This document shows positions 29,483 through 39,827 of a stretch of 64,000 nt of DNA, piece by piece (the stretch's first letter is position 1; each line of letters begins with the position of its first letter). Location: NCBI GenBank assembly GCA_965140785.1, contig OZ223473.1:1-64000 (forward strand). Reading direction: 5' to 3'. The notes below the pieces were generated by a model. The model did no database searches. It was given only the letters and a program-made list of their open reading frames with translations, and was not told where the DNA came from. The translations under genes were made by a program, and so were the position numbers. This DNA comes from an uncultured Ruficoccus sp. (GTDB lineage: Bacteria; Verrucomicrobiota; Verrucomicrobiia; Opitutales; Cerasicoccaceae).

Positions 29483-29493
29483 GGGTTACTGGA

Positions 29494-29597
29494 GTCAATG
29501 GTCAGGGGTCGTTGGTTATTGGGGAGATGGAGACGGCAGGCGTTTAGAGACAGCCCCCTCTTTTTCACCAATGACTAAGAACTAATGACTGATGACA
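29494..29597. repeat. Inverted arrays of degenerate heptamers
   Basis: GTCAATG GTCAGGG GTCGTTG GTTATTG ... CAATGAC TAAGAAC TAATGAC TGATGAC. Confidence 0.7.
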
Positions 29598-29604
29598 AAA
29601 AAGT

Positions 29605-32124
29605 TTACCGCAGGCTCGGGCGGAACTCGTGGATCTCGTAGCACTCGATACGGTCGCCTTCCTTGTAGTCATTGCAACCGCTGATCTGGATACCGCACTC
29701 GTAGCCGGCGCGCACCTCGGTGGCGTCGTCCTTGAAGCGCTTGAGGGTGCCGATGCGGCCCTCGTGGGTAACCTCGTCCTTGCGCAGCAGGCGGGCGTGG
29801 GCATCGCGCTTGATCATGCCCTCGGTCACCATACAGCCGGCGACCTGGCCCTTGGCCAGCGGGAAGGTGGCGCGGACCTCGGCCATGCCGAGTTTGACCT
29901 CGCGGTACTCCGGATCGAGCAGCTCGGACATGGCTTCTTCGACCGAGGTGATGAGCTCGTAAATGATGTTGTGCTGGATGATGCGCACGCCGTGGTGTTT
30001 GGCCAGGGCGGTAACGCCGTTCTCCTGCTTGACGTTGAAGCCGACGACGCAGGCTTCCGACGAGTCGGCCAGCGTGATGTCGTTCTTGGTGATGACGCCG
30101 ACACCGGTCTCGATGACCTCGAGTTTGACCTTGTCGCTGTGAATAGCTTCGAGGCAGTCGGCAAGAGCTTCGACACTGCCGTTGACATCGCCCTTGATGA
30201 CCACGCGCAGGACCTTCGAGGACTGCTCGTCGATGGCGGCCAGCAAACTGTCGAGGTCGCTGGCACCACCCGTGGAAGCGGCGGGCGCGGCAGCTTCTGC
30301 CTTGAGCGCCTGCTCGTTCTCCTCGGCCTCGCGCTTGGCGGCCTTTTCGTTTTTGGCCACCGTGCAGACGGCACCGGAAGTCGGTGTGCCGGACCAGCCC
30401 ATGATGCGGACCGGGGTCGAGGGCGGCGCGCTTTTGATCGGCTTGCCAAACTCGTCCATCATGGCGCGGACCTTACAGTAGTTCGGACCGCTCACGAGAG
30501 CGTCGCCCACCTTGAGTGTGCCCTTCTGGATGATGACAGTGGCGGTCGGGCCGCGGCCCTGCTCCACCTGAGACTCGACGATAACGCCTTCGGGAACTGC
30601 CTTCGGGTTGGCCTTCAGCTCGCTGACTTCGGACTGCAGGAGAATGAGCTCAAGCAGGTCGGTGATGTTCGTGCCTTCCAGGGCGGAAACGGGCGTGCAA
30701 AGGGTTTGGCCACCCCAGTCTTCGGGCATGAGGTCGCGCTCCTGCATCTGCTGCTTGACGCGGTCGATGTTAGCGCCCTTGGCGTCCATCTTATTGATGG
30801 CGACGATGATCTCGACGTTAGCGTTACGGGCGAACTTGAGCGCCTCGTCGGTCTGCGGCATGAAGCCGTCGTCCGCGGCCACCACGAGAATGGCGATGTC
30901 GGTGACGTTGGCCCCGCGCTCGCGAATCTTCGAGAAGGCGGCGTGACCGGGGGTGTCGAGAAAGGTGATCTTCTTGCCGTTGCGCTCGACCTGGTAAGCA
31001 CCCACGTGCTGGGTGATGCCGCCGGCCTCGCCGGAGACGACGTGCGCGTCGCGGATCTTGTCCAGCAGGCTGGTCTTGCCGTGGTCAACGTGGCCGAGCA
31101 CGCAAACGACCGGCGGACGCTCTTCCATCAGTGTGGGGTCGTCCTCGTCGAGCTTCTTGGCCTTTTTCTTGGGCGCGGGCTTGTCGTCACCGCGGTGGCG
31201 AATATCGAGGGAGAAGCCATGGCGCTCGGCAATCTGCTTGGCGTTGGCTTCCTCGATCGCCTGGTTCATCGAGGCGAAGATGCCCATCTCCATCAGTTCG
31301 GAAATGAGCTGGAAAGGTTTCTTACCCAGGAGCACGGCGAAGTCGCGCACCACGATGGGCGGCTTGACCTGGATGATCTTCTCGCCCTCCTTTTCGATCA
31401 CCTTACCGGCAGCGGAAGCCTGCTGACCGGGCTGTTGCTGACCGGGATGCTGCGGGGCGCGGGGCACGGACGGCGGAATGACCGGCGAAGGTGACGGGCG
31501 TACCGGGGCGGGAATCTTGACCGGCGGCGGTGTGGCCGAGGGCGAAGAACCGGCGGCGGCAGGAGCGGGAGCGACGCCCGGCGTCGTGCGGGGCGGCATG
31601 GCCGGCGAAGGTGCGGCGCGACCGGGAGCCGTCATGGGCGGCGCGGGCATAGGAGCGCGGCGGGCGCTCGGGGGCGGAGGCGGCGGAGGGGACTTGCGCT
31701 CGGGCATCGCCGGGGTCGCCGGGGCAGCCTTCTGAGCGGAGGAAATCATGGCCTCGCGCTGGGCTTGACGAGCGGCTTCGCGCTCATCCTCGCGTTGCTG
31801 GCGGGCAGCGCCTTCGGCAGCTTCCTTGTCGCGTCTTTCCTGCTCGATCTGAGCCGGAGTCTTTACGATGGCCGAGGGCGGCAGCTTCGGCGTGACGGGA
31901 CCGGGCTGAACGACATCGGCAGGAGGAGCGGCGGGCGCGGGGGCCGATTCGGCCTCGGCGCTCTGAGCTTCCCCACTGAATTCTTCGATGAGCGCCTGCG
32001 CGGAGATGTTATCGACCGTGCTCGAGGCGCTTTTCACCTCGTGGCCACGTTCGCGGAGGAGCTGCATGACCTCCTTGTTTTCCATGTTCAGCTCCTTGGA
32101 GAGCTCGTATATGCGGACACTCAT
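29605..32124 (-). CDS. infB: Translation initiation factor IF-2
   Basis: [10 protein letters not shown]-domain, Pro/Ala-rich linker, [19 protein letters not shown] and NKMD. Confidence 0.98.
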   Translation of the reverse strand: MSVRIYELSKELNMENKEVMQLLRERGHEVKSASSTVDNISAQALIEEFSGEAQSAEAESAPAPAAPPADVVQPGPVTPKLPPSAIVKTPAQIEQERRDKEAAEGAARQQREDEREAARQAQREAMISSAQKAAPATPAMPERKSPPPPPPPSARRAPMPAPPMTAPGRAAPSPAMPPRTTPGVAPAPAAAGSSPSATPPPVKIPAPVRPSPSPVIPPSVPRAPQHPGQQQPGQQASAAGKVIEKEGEKIIQVKPPIVVRDFAVLLGKKPFQLISELMEMGIFASMNQAIEEANAKQIAERHGFSLDIRHRGDDKPAPKKKAKKLDEDDPTLMEERPPVVCVLGHVDHGKTSLLDKIRDAHVVSGEAGGITQHVGAYQVERNGKKITFLDTPGHAAFSKIRERGANVTDIAILVVAADDGFMPQTDEALKFARNANVEIIVAINKMDAKGANIDRVKQQMQERDLMPEDWGGQTLCTPVSALEGTNITDLLELILLQSEVSELKANPKAVPEGVIVESQVEQGRGPTATVIIQKGTLKVGDALVSGPNYCKVRAMMDEFGKPIKSAPPSTPVRIMGWSGTPTSGAVCTVAKNEKAAKREAEENEQALKAEAAAPAASTGGASDLDSLLAAIDEQSSKVLRVVIKGDVNGSVEALADCLEAIHSDKVKLEVIETGVGVITKNDITLADSSEACVVGFNVKQENGVTALAKHHGVRIIQHNIIYELITSVEEAMSELLDPEYREVKLGMAEVRATFPLAKGQVAGCMVTEGMIKRDAHARLLRKDEVTHEGRIGTLKRFKDDATEVRAGYECGIQISGCNDYKEGDRIECYEIHEFRPSLR

Positions 32125-32158
32125 AAAATAGGTATGCGGGTATCAGTCGGGATGATTC

Positions 32159-33412
32159 CTAGGCCTGGGATTGTAACTGGTTGACTTTTTCGATGATGCT
32201 GGCGGCTTCCTCCGGCGTAAAGTTGCCGGATTCGACAAGGTCGTCGGCGGTGACACCGGCGGCGACCACCTCGACCGAGTTGATGCCCATGGCGACGAGC
32301 TTCTCGGCCAGGGGTTCGTCAATACCCAGGGACTGGGCGAGGTTGAGCCCGGCGCGCTCGGCACGCTCTTCCAGGGTGGCGGCTTCGCGCTTTTCCTTGC
32401 CGATGTCTAGTCTCCAGCCCATGAGGCGGGAGGTGAGCTTGGCGTTCTGCCCGCGGCGGCCAATGGCCACGGCCAGGTCGTCCTCGCTGACTTCGAAGTA
32501 GATACGTTTGGCGATGGGATCGATCTGCAGGTTCTTCGGAATGGCGGGTTTGATCGCCTCCTCCAGCATGGCCTGCGGATCGGGATAGTAACGGACGATG
32601 TCGATCTTTTCGCCGCCGAGTTCGCGCACGATGCTCTTGACGCGGGCGCCACGGGCACCGACGCAAGCGCCGACCGGGTCCACTTTTGCGTCGCTGCTCT
32701 GGACGCAGATCTTCGTCCGGTAGCCGGGCTCGCGGGCCATACCCTCGAGCGTGACGGTGCCGTCGGCGATTTCCGTAACCTCGAGTTCGAAGAGGCGTCG
32801 GACAAATTTGATGCTGGCACGGCTGAGGATGAGCTCGGGGCCGCGAGGGGTGCTTTCGATGGCCAGCAGGAGACAGCGGATGCGCTCGCCGGGGGCGTAA
32901 TCCTCACCGGGGACGCGCTCGCGCGGGGGCAGGACGGCTTCGGCCTTGCCCAGATCGACGATGAGGTCGCCACGTTCGCGGCGACGGACCACGCCGGTGA
33001 CGATGTCGCCCACGGAGTCCTTGTAGTCGTCGTAAATGCGTTCTTTTTCGAACTGGCGGACGCGCTGCATGATGGCCTGGCGGGCCGTCTGCGCGGCGAT
33101 GCGGCCGAGGAAGGCCGGGTCGATGTCCTTGCGGACGGTGTCGCCGACTTTGGCGTCCTTGTCGTAAATGTGAGCTTTGTCGAGGGGGATTTCGGAGGCG
33201 GGGTCGCTGAACGAGTCAACGACACGGAGCAGGGTCCACGCCTTGAGAGCACCGGTGCGCGGATCGATTTGCACTTCGAGCTCGGCGCCGGCGTTCACAC
33301 CCTTCTGAGCGGCTCCTTTGATGGCAGCCGCGATGGTGGCGATCATGTCCTCTCGGCTGATCCCCTTCTCCTTCTCCATGTATTCGAGAACGGACAGGAT
33401 TTCGTTACTCAT
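32159..33412 (-). CDS. nusA: Transcription termination/antitermination factor NusA
   Basis: [11 protein letters not shown]1 domain, [17 protein letters not shown] and AIGRRGQN. Confidence 0.97.
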   Translation of the reverse strand: MSNEILSVLEYMEKEKGISREDMIATIAAAIKGAAQKGVNAGAELEVQIDPRTGALKAWTLLRVVDSFSDPASEIPLDKAHIYDKDAKVGDTVRKDIDPAFLGRIAAQTARQAIMQRVRQFEKERIYDDYKDSVGDIVTGVVRRRERGDLIVDLGKAEAVLPPRERVPGEDYAPGERIRCLLLAIESTPRGPELILSRASIKFVRRLFELEVTEIADGTVTLEGMAREPGYRTKICVQSSDAKVDPVGACVGARGARVKSIVRELGGEKIDIVRYYPDPQAMLEEAIKPAIPKNLQIDPIAKRIYFEVSEDDLAVAIGRRGQNAKLTSRLMGWRLDIGKEKREAATLEERAERAGLNLAQSLGIDEPLAEKLVAMGINSVEVVAAGVTADDLVESGNFTPEEAASIIEKVNQLQSQA

Positions 33413-33652
33413 CGATATGTTATTAGAAAAAAAATAGCGGGTACAGCGACCCACTATCCTGAGGTATAGGATGGTTGGAAAGGAAAAACCCTGCCAGTGA
33501 CGGCAGTTCTTGTCAAGCAACGGTTAAAAACCGCGCCTTTTCTTTACACAAGGCACGCGCGAGCGCCCTCAGCGCCATGTCCGGTGATCCAATAGCGGAT
33601 CGTCCTTATTGCCACGACAAGTTGACACACTCGCCCGGATCGGCACGGAACT

Positions 33653-34227
33653 TCATTGTGAGTGTGTTAGCGATTCAACCGGTTCGACAACATTTGCTTG
33701 GGCGCCATGCTTGCGCAGATAATCTCCAAAAAATCTCGCCTTGGAAGGTTCCTTCGCAAACAAAATCTGAGCCTTCGCAGCCAGTTCGAGTAAGGCCGGA
33801 GCTGGGTTTCGTTCCGACCACATGCCACGGTGCTTTTTGTCCGCGGGGAACAAAGCCCATGCAAACTGTTGCTGGCTGATATGGTTGGTACCCCGGTTGT
33901 CTATGCACTGAGTAACCAGCGTTATGTATTCATTGGGTTCTAAAATCTGGGCCGCCACAAAGAATATGGCCTTTTTCGTGTCATCGGCTGCCAGATAATC
34001 AATCTGTGGTGCGAGCGATTTTGCATGATCCTTGATGAGCGCCTCTGCCTGATTAAAAGACACGATATCACCCAAGCTACGCTGCCCCTCAATGATGGCG
34101 ACCGGATCGCGGTTTCCGGCCAGGCGGCTTCGGTGGATGCGATAGCTGAGCGTAAATCATCCACAACCGGATCAACCGCCCACAGGGTAGAACTTATCCC
34201 CAAGCAGAAGAAAAGAAGTGTTTTCAT
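33653..34227 (-). CDS. Secreted hypothetical protein, split in two ORFs by a frameshift near 34085
   Basis: ORF 33940..34227 carries a signal peptide and overlaps ORF 33653..34075. The DNA is visibly more AT-rich than the flanks. Confidence 0.55.
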
Positions 34228-34284
34228 GACTCAGCAGTCTTTCGTGGGATAAGGCGTAGCACTAGAATTCGCGGGGAAATAATT

Positions 34285-35421
34285 TCAACGCCCCGCCTTG
34301 GCGGGGACGGGCTCGATCGTGCCCTCCTCGCGTTCGGTCTGGAGGCGGAGCTGGCCGCAGGCGGCGTTGATGTCGTGGCCCTTCTCGCGGCGGACGGTGA
34401 CAGAGACCCGCGCCTCGCGCAGGATCTGGGCGAAAGCGTCCTGACGGGAGATTTCCGGGCGTACCCAGGGCAGCCCCTCGACCGTGTTGTACGGGATGAG
34501 GTTGACGTGGGCGTGCAGCTCACGGGCGATTTTGGCCAGTGCCCGGGCCTGGTCGAGCGTGTCGTTGATCTCGCGGATGAGGATAAACTCCAGCGTGATC
34601 ATCCGCCCGTGCTTGTCGGCGAAGGCCTTGGCCGCCGGGAGGAGTTTCTCCAGCGGGTACTTGCGGTTGATGGGCATGATCTGCTGGCGCACCTCGTTGG
34701 TGGCCCCGTGCAGGCTGATGGCCAGGCGCAGCCCGATCGGCTCCTCGGCCAGTTGCAGGACCTGCGGGGCCAGCCCACTGGTCGAGACGGTGATGCGACG
34801 CGCACCGACATTGAGCCCCCACTCGGCGTTGACGATGGTGAGGGCGCGCAGGAGGTTGTCGTAATTGGCCAAGGGCTCGCCCATGCCCATGACCACGATA
34901 TTGTCAAAGGAGGCCAACTCGTCGCTGGCGCGGGGCGTGGTCGGGTCCTCCTGATGGCAAACCTGGATCAACTGGTGCACGATCTCCCCGGCGGAGAGGT
35001 CGCGCTTCCAGCCAGCGAGGCCCGAGGCGCAGAACTTGCACCCGTAGGCGCAGCCCACCTGGGTCGAGATGCAAACGGTCTTGCGGGAGCGGTCCTGCCC
35101 CACCCCTTCCTGCGGGGCGCGGATGATGACTGTCTCGATCAGCGAATGGTCGCGCAGGCGCAGCAGGAACTTGTCCGTCACGTCGGCGGAGGTCTTCGCC
35201 CCCAGCCGGGCGGTCGGGGCAAAGTCAAAAGTCTCCTCCAGCCAGGCGCGCAGGGGCTTGGAGAGATTGGTCATTTCCTGGGGGCCGGCGGCGCGTTTTT
35301 TATACAACCACTCCAGAATCTGGCGTGCGCGGAAGGGCTTCTCGCCCCGTTCGGCCAGTGCCGCCGTGAGCGAGTCGAGCGTTTCCCCGTGTATCGGCGG
35401 CTTGCCCACAAATCCCTGCAT
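34285..35421 (-). CDS. rlmN: Dual-specificity RNA methyltransferase RlmN (radical SAM)
   Basis: CISTQVGCAYGCKFCASG, MGMGEP, ITVSTSG, AISLH, NLIPYN and DINAACGQL. Confidence 0.97.
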   Translation of the reverse strand: MQGFVGKPPIHGETLDSLTAALAERGEKPFRARQILEWLYKKRAAGPQEMTNLSKPLRAWLEETFDFAPTARLGAKTSADVTDKFLLRLRDHSLIETVIIRAPQEGVGQDRSRKTVCISTQVGCAYGCKFCASGLAGWKRDLSAGEIVHQLIQVCHQEDPTTPRASDELASFDNIVVMGMGEPLANYDNLLRALTIVNAEWGLNVGARRITVSTSGLAPQVLQLAEEPIGLRLAISLHGATNEVRQQIMPINRKYPLEKLLPAAKAFADKHGRMITLEFILIREINDTLDQARALAKIARELHAHVNLIPYNTVEGLPWVRPEISRQDAFAQILREARVSVTVRREKGHDINAACGQLRLQTEREEGTIEPVPAKAGR

Positions 35422-35550
35422 CCGCCTATCAAGAACGGATCGCCCGCCCCGGCGCAATCCCGAATCGGACTACCCCGCGGCAAAAGCTCGGCTTAAGCCC
35501 GCCGTGCGTCGCCCTAATAGCGCATCACGATAGGGATTGCGCCGCATCCG

Positions 35551-35566
35551 TGGCACCTTTCCTGCT
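35551..35566 (+). promoter_or_regulatory. Putative sigma54 (-24/-12) promoter
   Basis: TGGCACCTTTCCTGCT has GG-N10-GC spacing with the TGGCAC half-site, 55 nt before the Nif11-like ATG. Confidence 0.65.
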
Positions 35567-35621
35567 ATTTGGCGGACAATCCGGGCCCGTGGGTCCCGGG
35601 CCATTTGAACGCTAAGAAACC

Positions 35622-35843
35622 ATGTCTAAAGAAAACGTTGAAAAACTCCTGATGGACGGTTGGACCGACAAAAAGTTGCGCGCCAAGTACAACGTCATCG
35701 AAACCAAAGAAGACTTCGTCGCCTCGGCCAATGCCGATGGCTACGCCTTTACCCAGGAGGAGCTCGACGCGGTGCTCAAAGAGGAGGAGCTGGACTTCGA
35801 GTCCTCGGGCAACCCCCGCTCCCGCGCCATCTGGCTGCACTAG
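35622..35843 (+). CDS. Nif11-like leader-peptide family protein
   Basis: MSKENVEKLL...D..LRAK......EDFVA.A...GYAFTQEEL is the Nif11 pattern. Confidence 0.8.
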   Translation: MSKENVEKLLMDGWTDKKLRAKYNVIETKEDFVASANADGYAFTQEELDAVLKEEELDFESSGNPRSRAIWLH

Positions 35844-35918
35844 GCGGATTACATCCGCAGGCATTGAGGGGCAAGCCCCTACGGCTACCCTTTCATTCGT
35901 CAACGGGTGTGACCCGCA

Positions 35919-36245
35919 TCACTCCAGTAGTCGGCGCAGGAGTTGCTTTTCCTCCGGGCTGCGGTGACGGATGAGTTCGCCCATCTGGGCCAGGAACTCG
36001 TCCGGCTCGTAATTGGCGGTGCGCAACAGGTACAGGAGCACGCCGTCGCGGTGGATGAGGTAGCGGTGGCGCTTTTCGTGGCGCAGCCCGGCTCGGCCGT
36101 TGGCAGTGTGGCCGAGGATTTTCTGGTTCAGGAAGCAGTCGCGCACGAACTGGTCGGTCTTACCGATGACGGCGGCAACCTCCTTCGGGCTGAACCAGGT
36201 CTGGTCCGGCGGCAGCAGCCGCTCAAAGTGGGAGTTCAGTTTCAC
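35919..36245 (-). CDS. Excisionase/MerR-like HTH DNA-binding protein
   Basis: WFSPKEVAAVIGKTDQFVR ... RYLIHRDGVLLYL, an HTH_17-like pattern. Confidence 0.65.
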   Translation of the reverse strand: MKLNSHFERLLPPDQTWFSPKEVAAVIGKTDQFVRDCFLNQKILGHTANGRAGLRHEKRHRYLIHRDGVLLYLLRTANYEPDEFLAQMGELIRHRSPEEKQLLRRLLE

Positions 36246-36260
36246 GGTCGGTGCTTCCGG

Positions 36261-36596
36261 TCAGAGGCTGCGCGAGAATTTGTTCAGGGGCCGGCGCTTG
36301 CGGCGGGCATCGCGGTAGCCACGCTGGTAGGCGTCACGCCGGGCCTGCTCAACAGCATCGCCAATGCGTTCGCGGATACGCTCGGCCATCATCTCGGCGT
36401 GGAAGACATCGCAGCAAAAGACTTTGGCGTAGGCCTGCCAGGTCTTGCCGCTGCGCAGGGGCAGCCCGGTGTCGATAACGATCTCGGCGGCGCGCCCGTC
36501 GGGCTGCACGCGCAGGAGGAACTTCTGCTCCTCGGGCGACCCGGCAAGGTTGGCAGGAGTGGTGGAAACACGTGGAAAATAATGCGTGGTGGTCAT
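36261..36596 (-). CDS. Hypothetical protein with a basic C-terminus
   Basis: 111-aa ATG ORF co-oriented with its neighbours; ends ARRDAYQRGYRDARRKRR. Confidence 0.65.
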   Translation of the reverse strand: MTTTHYFPRVSTTPANLAGSPEEQKFLLRVQPDGRAAEIVIDTGLPLRSGKTWQAYAKVFCCDVFHAEMMAERIRERIGDAVEQARRDAYQRGYRDARRKRRPLNKFSRSL

Positions 36597-36645
36597 GATA
36601 AGAATCGGTATGTGGTGGATGGATGGCGGGAGGCGGAACGGGTTT

Positions 36646-36843
36646 TCAGCGGTTGGCAGCGGGTGCCGTGTCCGGCGTTGAGGCGTCGAGGTAGCCCTCG
36701 CTGTGCAGGTGTTTTTTCAGGGCGCAGGCGACGAGACTGGAGACCGAACGGTTGTCGTCGAAGGCCGCCTGCCGGGCGACCTCACGTAACTGCGGCGGCA
36801 GGCTGACTGAGACATTGACAGTGGTGGTGTTTTTCATTTTCAT
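36646..36843 (-). CDS. Small ribbon-helix-helix (Arc/CopG-like) regulator
   Basis: VNVSVSLPPQLREVARQAAFDDNRSVSSLVACALKKHL gives the beta-strand + helix + 'RSxS' turn + helix pattern. Confidence 0.75.
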   Translation of the reverse strand: MKMKNTTTVNVSVSLPPQLREVARQAAFDDNRSVSSLVACALKKHLHSEGYLDASTPDTAPAANR

Positions 36844-36959
36844 AGTGAACACATGATCACCTCAAAACCTGTCCGTCACAAGATATTTTTCTAGAATTTA
36901 TTATTTTACTATTATTTACTATTCCCTTCCTTCCATCAACCACTTACCCTCCTTCCACC

Positions 36960-37586
36960 ATGTCAGACGATCAAAGACACAAAACCGTGGGCGTGAGCTT
37001 TCCGCCAGAACTGCGCCAACGTGCCGCTGAGCGGGCCCGCGGCCTGGGCCTGTCCTTCTCCAAGTATGTCACGCTCTGCGTTGAGGCCGAGGTGGGCGGC
37101 AAGCCGCCGCAACTGGTGATGGAAAACCTGCTCCCGACTGGGACCGCCCCACTGAACCTGGAAGCGGCAGTGGAAGAAGGCTCCGACTACGGCGCGATGA
37201 AGGCCGCCTCGATCGGCTTCGAGGACGACGTGGAGGAGATCCTCAATCAGGAGGATATCTGCTACAACCGTTTCGCTCAGGTCGCACACCTGCGAACGGA
37301 TTTTCTCATCCAGCACGTGGACCCCTCCTCCGGAAAAACCCTCCGCATCGCGCTGGAGTGTAAGTATAACGTACGCAACCGCGCCACTGTCACCCTCGGC
37401 CAGTGCATTATCCTCAAAAGCCTGCCCGGCGTGGATGCGGTCATGCTCTGTGTCCCCTACCTCAAGCACTTCGACCCGCATCTGCGCGAGACCTTCGCCC
37501 AGCAGGACATTCCGGTGGTGACGCCGGACACCCTCAGTCCCGGCCTGGAGGCGCTTTTGGCCGAGCGGGCGGAGGCCGAAGCCTGA
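36960..37586 (+). CDS. RHH domain fused to a PD-(D/E)xK nuclease-like domain
   Basis: N-terminal KTVGVSFPPELRQRAAERARGLGLSFSKYV (RHH); C-terminal FEDDVEEIL...RTDFLI...ALECKY...LGQ. Confidence 0.7.
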   Translation: MSDDQRHKTVGVSFPPELRQRAAERARGLGLSFSKYVTLCVEAEVGGKPPQLVMENLLPTGTAPLNLEAAVEEGSDYGAMKAASIGFEDDVEEILNQEDICYNRFAQVAHLRTDFLIQHVDPSSGKTLRIALECKYNVRNRATVTLGQCIILKSLPGVDAVMLCVPYLKHFDPHLRETFAQQDIPVVTPDTLSPGLEALLAERAEAEA

Positions 37587-37636
37587 CGGTCATGCCACGC
37601 GCTGGAGCCACTTTCGAATGAAAGCGGAAAGCCCCT

Positions 37637-38074
37637 TTACTGACCACCGCTGGTCGTGCCCTGCGCATAAAAGAGGAAGAACAACGGGATGGCGATAATC
37701 AACACGAGCACCAGGCTGAACGCGGTAACGATGAGGTTGACCAGCAGGCCCTTGACAAAGCCGATGGGCTCATGGCGGCGGGTGAACCAGATGCCGAACA
37801 GGTACGAGTTCAACAGCAGCCACAGGAGAATGCCGGTCGGGGTGGTTGCATAGACCAGAACCGGTTTCAGTTGGACCAACTGACCGAGCAGAATGTTGAT
37901 CGCGAACCCGATCAGCGTGACCTTGAATACGATTCCATAGGCCTTGCCATAGCCGGTCATATGCCGGGTCACGATTTTCATCGCCCATTGGGCAAAAACA
38001 GCCGTGATCAAGCACAGGAACGCGCACATCCCGACTCCGATCAACAGAGCAAAAATTAATCCTATAGCTTCCAT
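37637..38074 (-). CDS. Hypothetical membrane protein (about 4 TM)
   Basis: 145-aa ATG ORF with four hydrophobic segments. Confidence 0.65.
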   Translation of the reverse strand: MEAIGLIFALLIGVGMCAFLCLITAVFAQWAMKIVTRHMTGYGKAYGIVFKVTLIGFAINILLGQLVQLKPVLVYATTPTGILLWLLLNSYLFGIWFTRRHEPIGFVKGLLVNLIVTAFSLVLVLIIAIPLFFLFYAQGTTSGGQ

Positions 38075-38300
38075 AAATTAGACGGCTCTATAGCAACAAC
38101 AGGTGAATTCCTTATTATCAAGTCATTTATAGCACCAGTTTTTTTCGGTCTCGTTACTTTTCAGAGACGGGCGTCGTTACAAACAAACGGCCAACCGGGA
38201 CTGGTCTGCTTGAGGACTGCTCGCTACGCCTTCGGAAAAGCCTACCGGTTAAAATAAAAATTGCACCCCGCGGGCTCATCGTTGTTCCTTGTCGGCACGT

Positions 38301-39744
38301 ATGCCGGTCAAGATCCACGACACACTCAGTAAGACCAAGCAGCCGTTGGCCCCCGCCGACGGCGAGACCTTCCGCTTCTACTGCTGCGGGCCCACCGTTT
38401 ACGGGCCCGCCCACATCGGCAACTTCCGCACCTTCCTCGTGCAGGACGTGCTGCGCCGCACTCTGGAGGTGGACGGCCTGACACTGCGCCACGTGCGCAA
38501 CATCACCGACGTGGACGACAAGACCATCCGTCAGAGCCAGGCCGAAGACCGCACGCTGGCCGAGTTCACCGCGCACTGGACGGACAAGTTTCACGCCGAC
38601 TGCGCCGCGCTCAACCTCCTGCCCCCGCACGAGGAGCCCCGCGCCACCGCCCACATCGCCGAGCAGGTATCGATGATCGAAAAACTCATCGCCGGCGGCC
38701 ATGCCTACGCCGCCGCGGACGGCTCGGTTTATTTCAAAGTCGCCTCCTGCGAGCACTACGGCGAGCTTTCCGGGCTCGACCGCAACGCCCTGCGCACGCA
38801 GAACGTCAACAGCGCGGGCGAAGCCAATGACGCCGACGAATACGACCGCGAGAGCGTGACCGACTTCGCCCTGTGGAAGGCCCGCAAGCCCGACGACGGC
38901 GAAAACTTCTGGAAAAGCCCCTGGGGCGAAGGCCGCCCCGGCTGGCACATCGAGTGCTCGGCCATGAGCGTCAAATACCTCGGTGAGGGCTTCGACCTGC
39001 ACGGCGGCGGCATAGACCTGTGCTTCCCGCACCATGAGAACGAGATCGCCCAGAGCGAGTGCGCAACCGGCTCGCGGCCCTTTGCCCGGCTGTGGTTCCA
39101 CAGCGCCCACCTCATGGTCGAGGGCAGCAAGATGTCCAAAAGTTTAGGCAACCTCTACACCCTGGAGGACCTGCTGCAAAAGGGCTTCCGCCCCATGGAC
39201 ATCCGCTACGCCCTCATCAGCGGCCACTACCGCCAACAGCTCAACTTCACCCTCAACGGCCTGAAAGCCGCCCGCTCCGCCCTGGAAAAGATGGAGAAAA
39301 CCCTCCGCCCAATCCTCCAGCGCCTGGGACTCTCCGAGGAAGACTTCCGCCACTGGATCAAGCCCTGCCCGCTGGTCACCACGGGCATGTTCGCCCCGCG
39401 CTTGGGAAAAGCTCTCCGACGACCTAAACGTACCCGCCGCCCTCGGGGAAATTTTCTCCGTGCTGGGCGACCTGGCCAACCCGACGCTTCATGACTCCGC
39501 CGTGGCTGGCCAGGTGGAGGCCTTCGGCGCCCTGCTCTACGCGCTCGGGCTCGATCTGTTCACCGCGCAGGATCAGTCGGCAGCCGCGGACATCCCCGAG
39601 GCCATCCGCGCCCTGGCCGAGGAACGTTGGTCCGCCAAGCAGGCCCGCGACTGGGCCAATGCCGACCGCCTCCGCGACGAACTCCTCGGACAAGGCTGGA
39701 AAATCCTCGACCACAAAGACGGCTACGACCTGGAAAAAGCGTGA
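38301..39744 (+). CDS. cysS: Cysteine--tRNA ligase, frameshift near 39394
   Basis: [38 protein letters not shown] and KMSKS. The anticodon domain ([10 protein letters not shown]...[12 protein letters not shown]) is in the next frame. Confidence 0.96.
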
Positions 39745-39827
39745 GGCAGCACAGCCTTTTCACGGCGATCCAGCACAAGCGCCCGTCTGGATTGACAAGA
39801 TCATATTAGTATTTTAACTCGTGTTGT

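Noticed and set aside
34285..35843. Radical SAM + Nif11 peptide as a RiPP gene cluster
   Set aside because: The radical SAM has every RlmN signature (MGMGEP, DINAACGQL), shows no RRE or SPASM domain, and is divergently transcribed.
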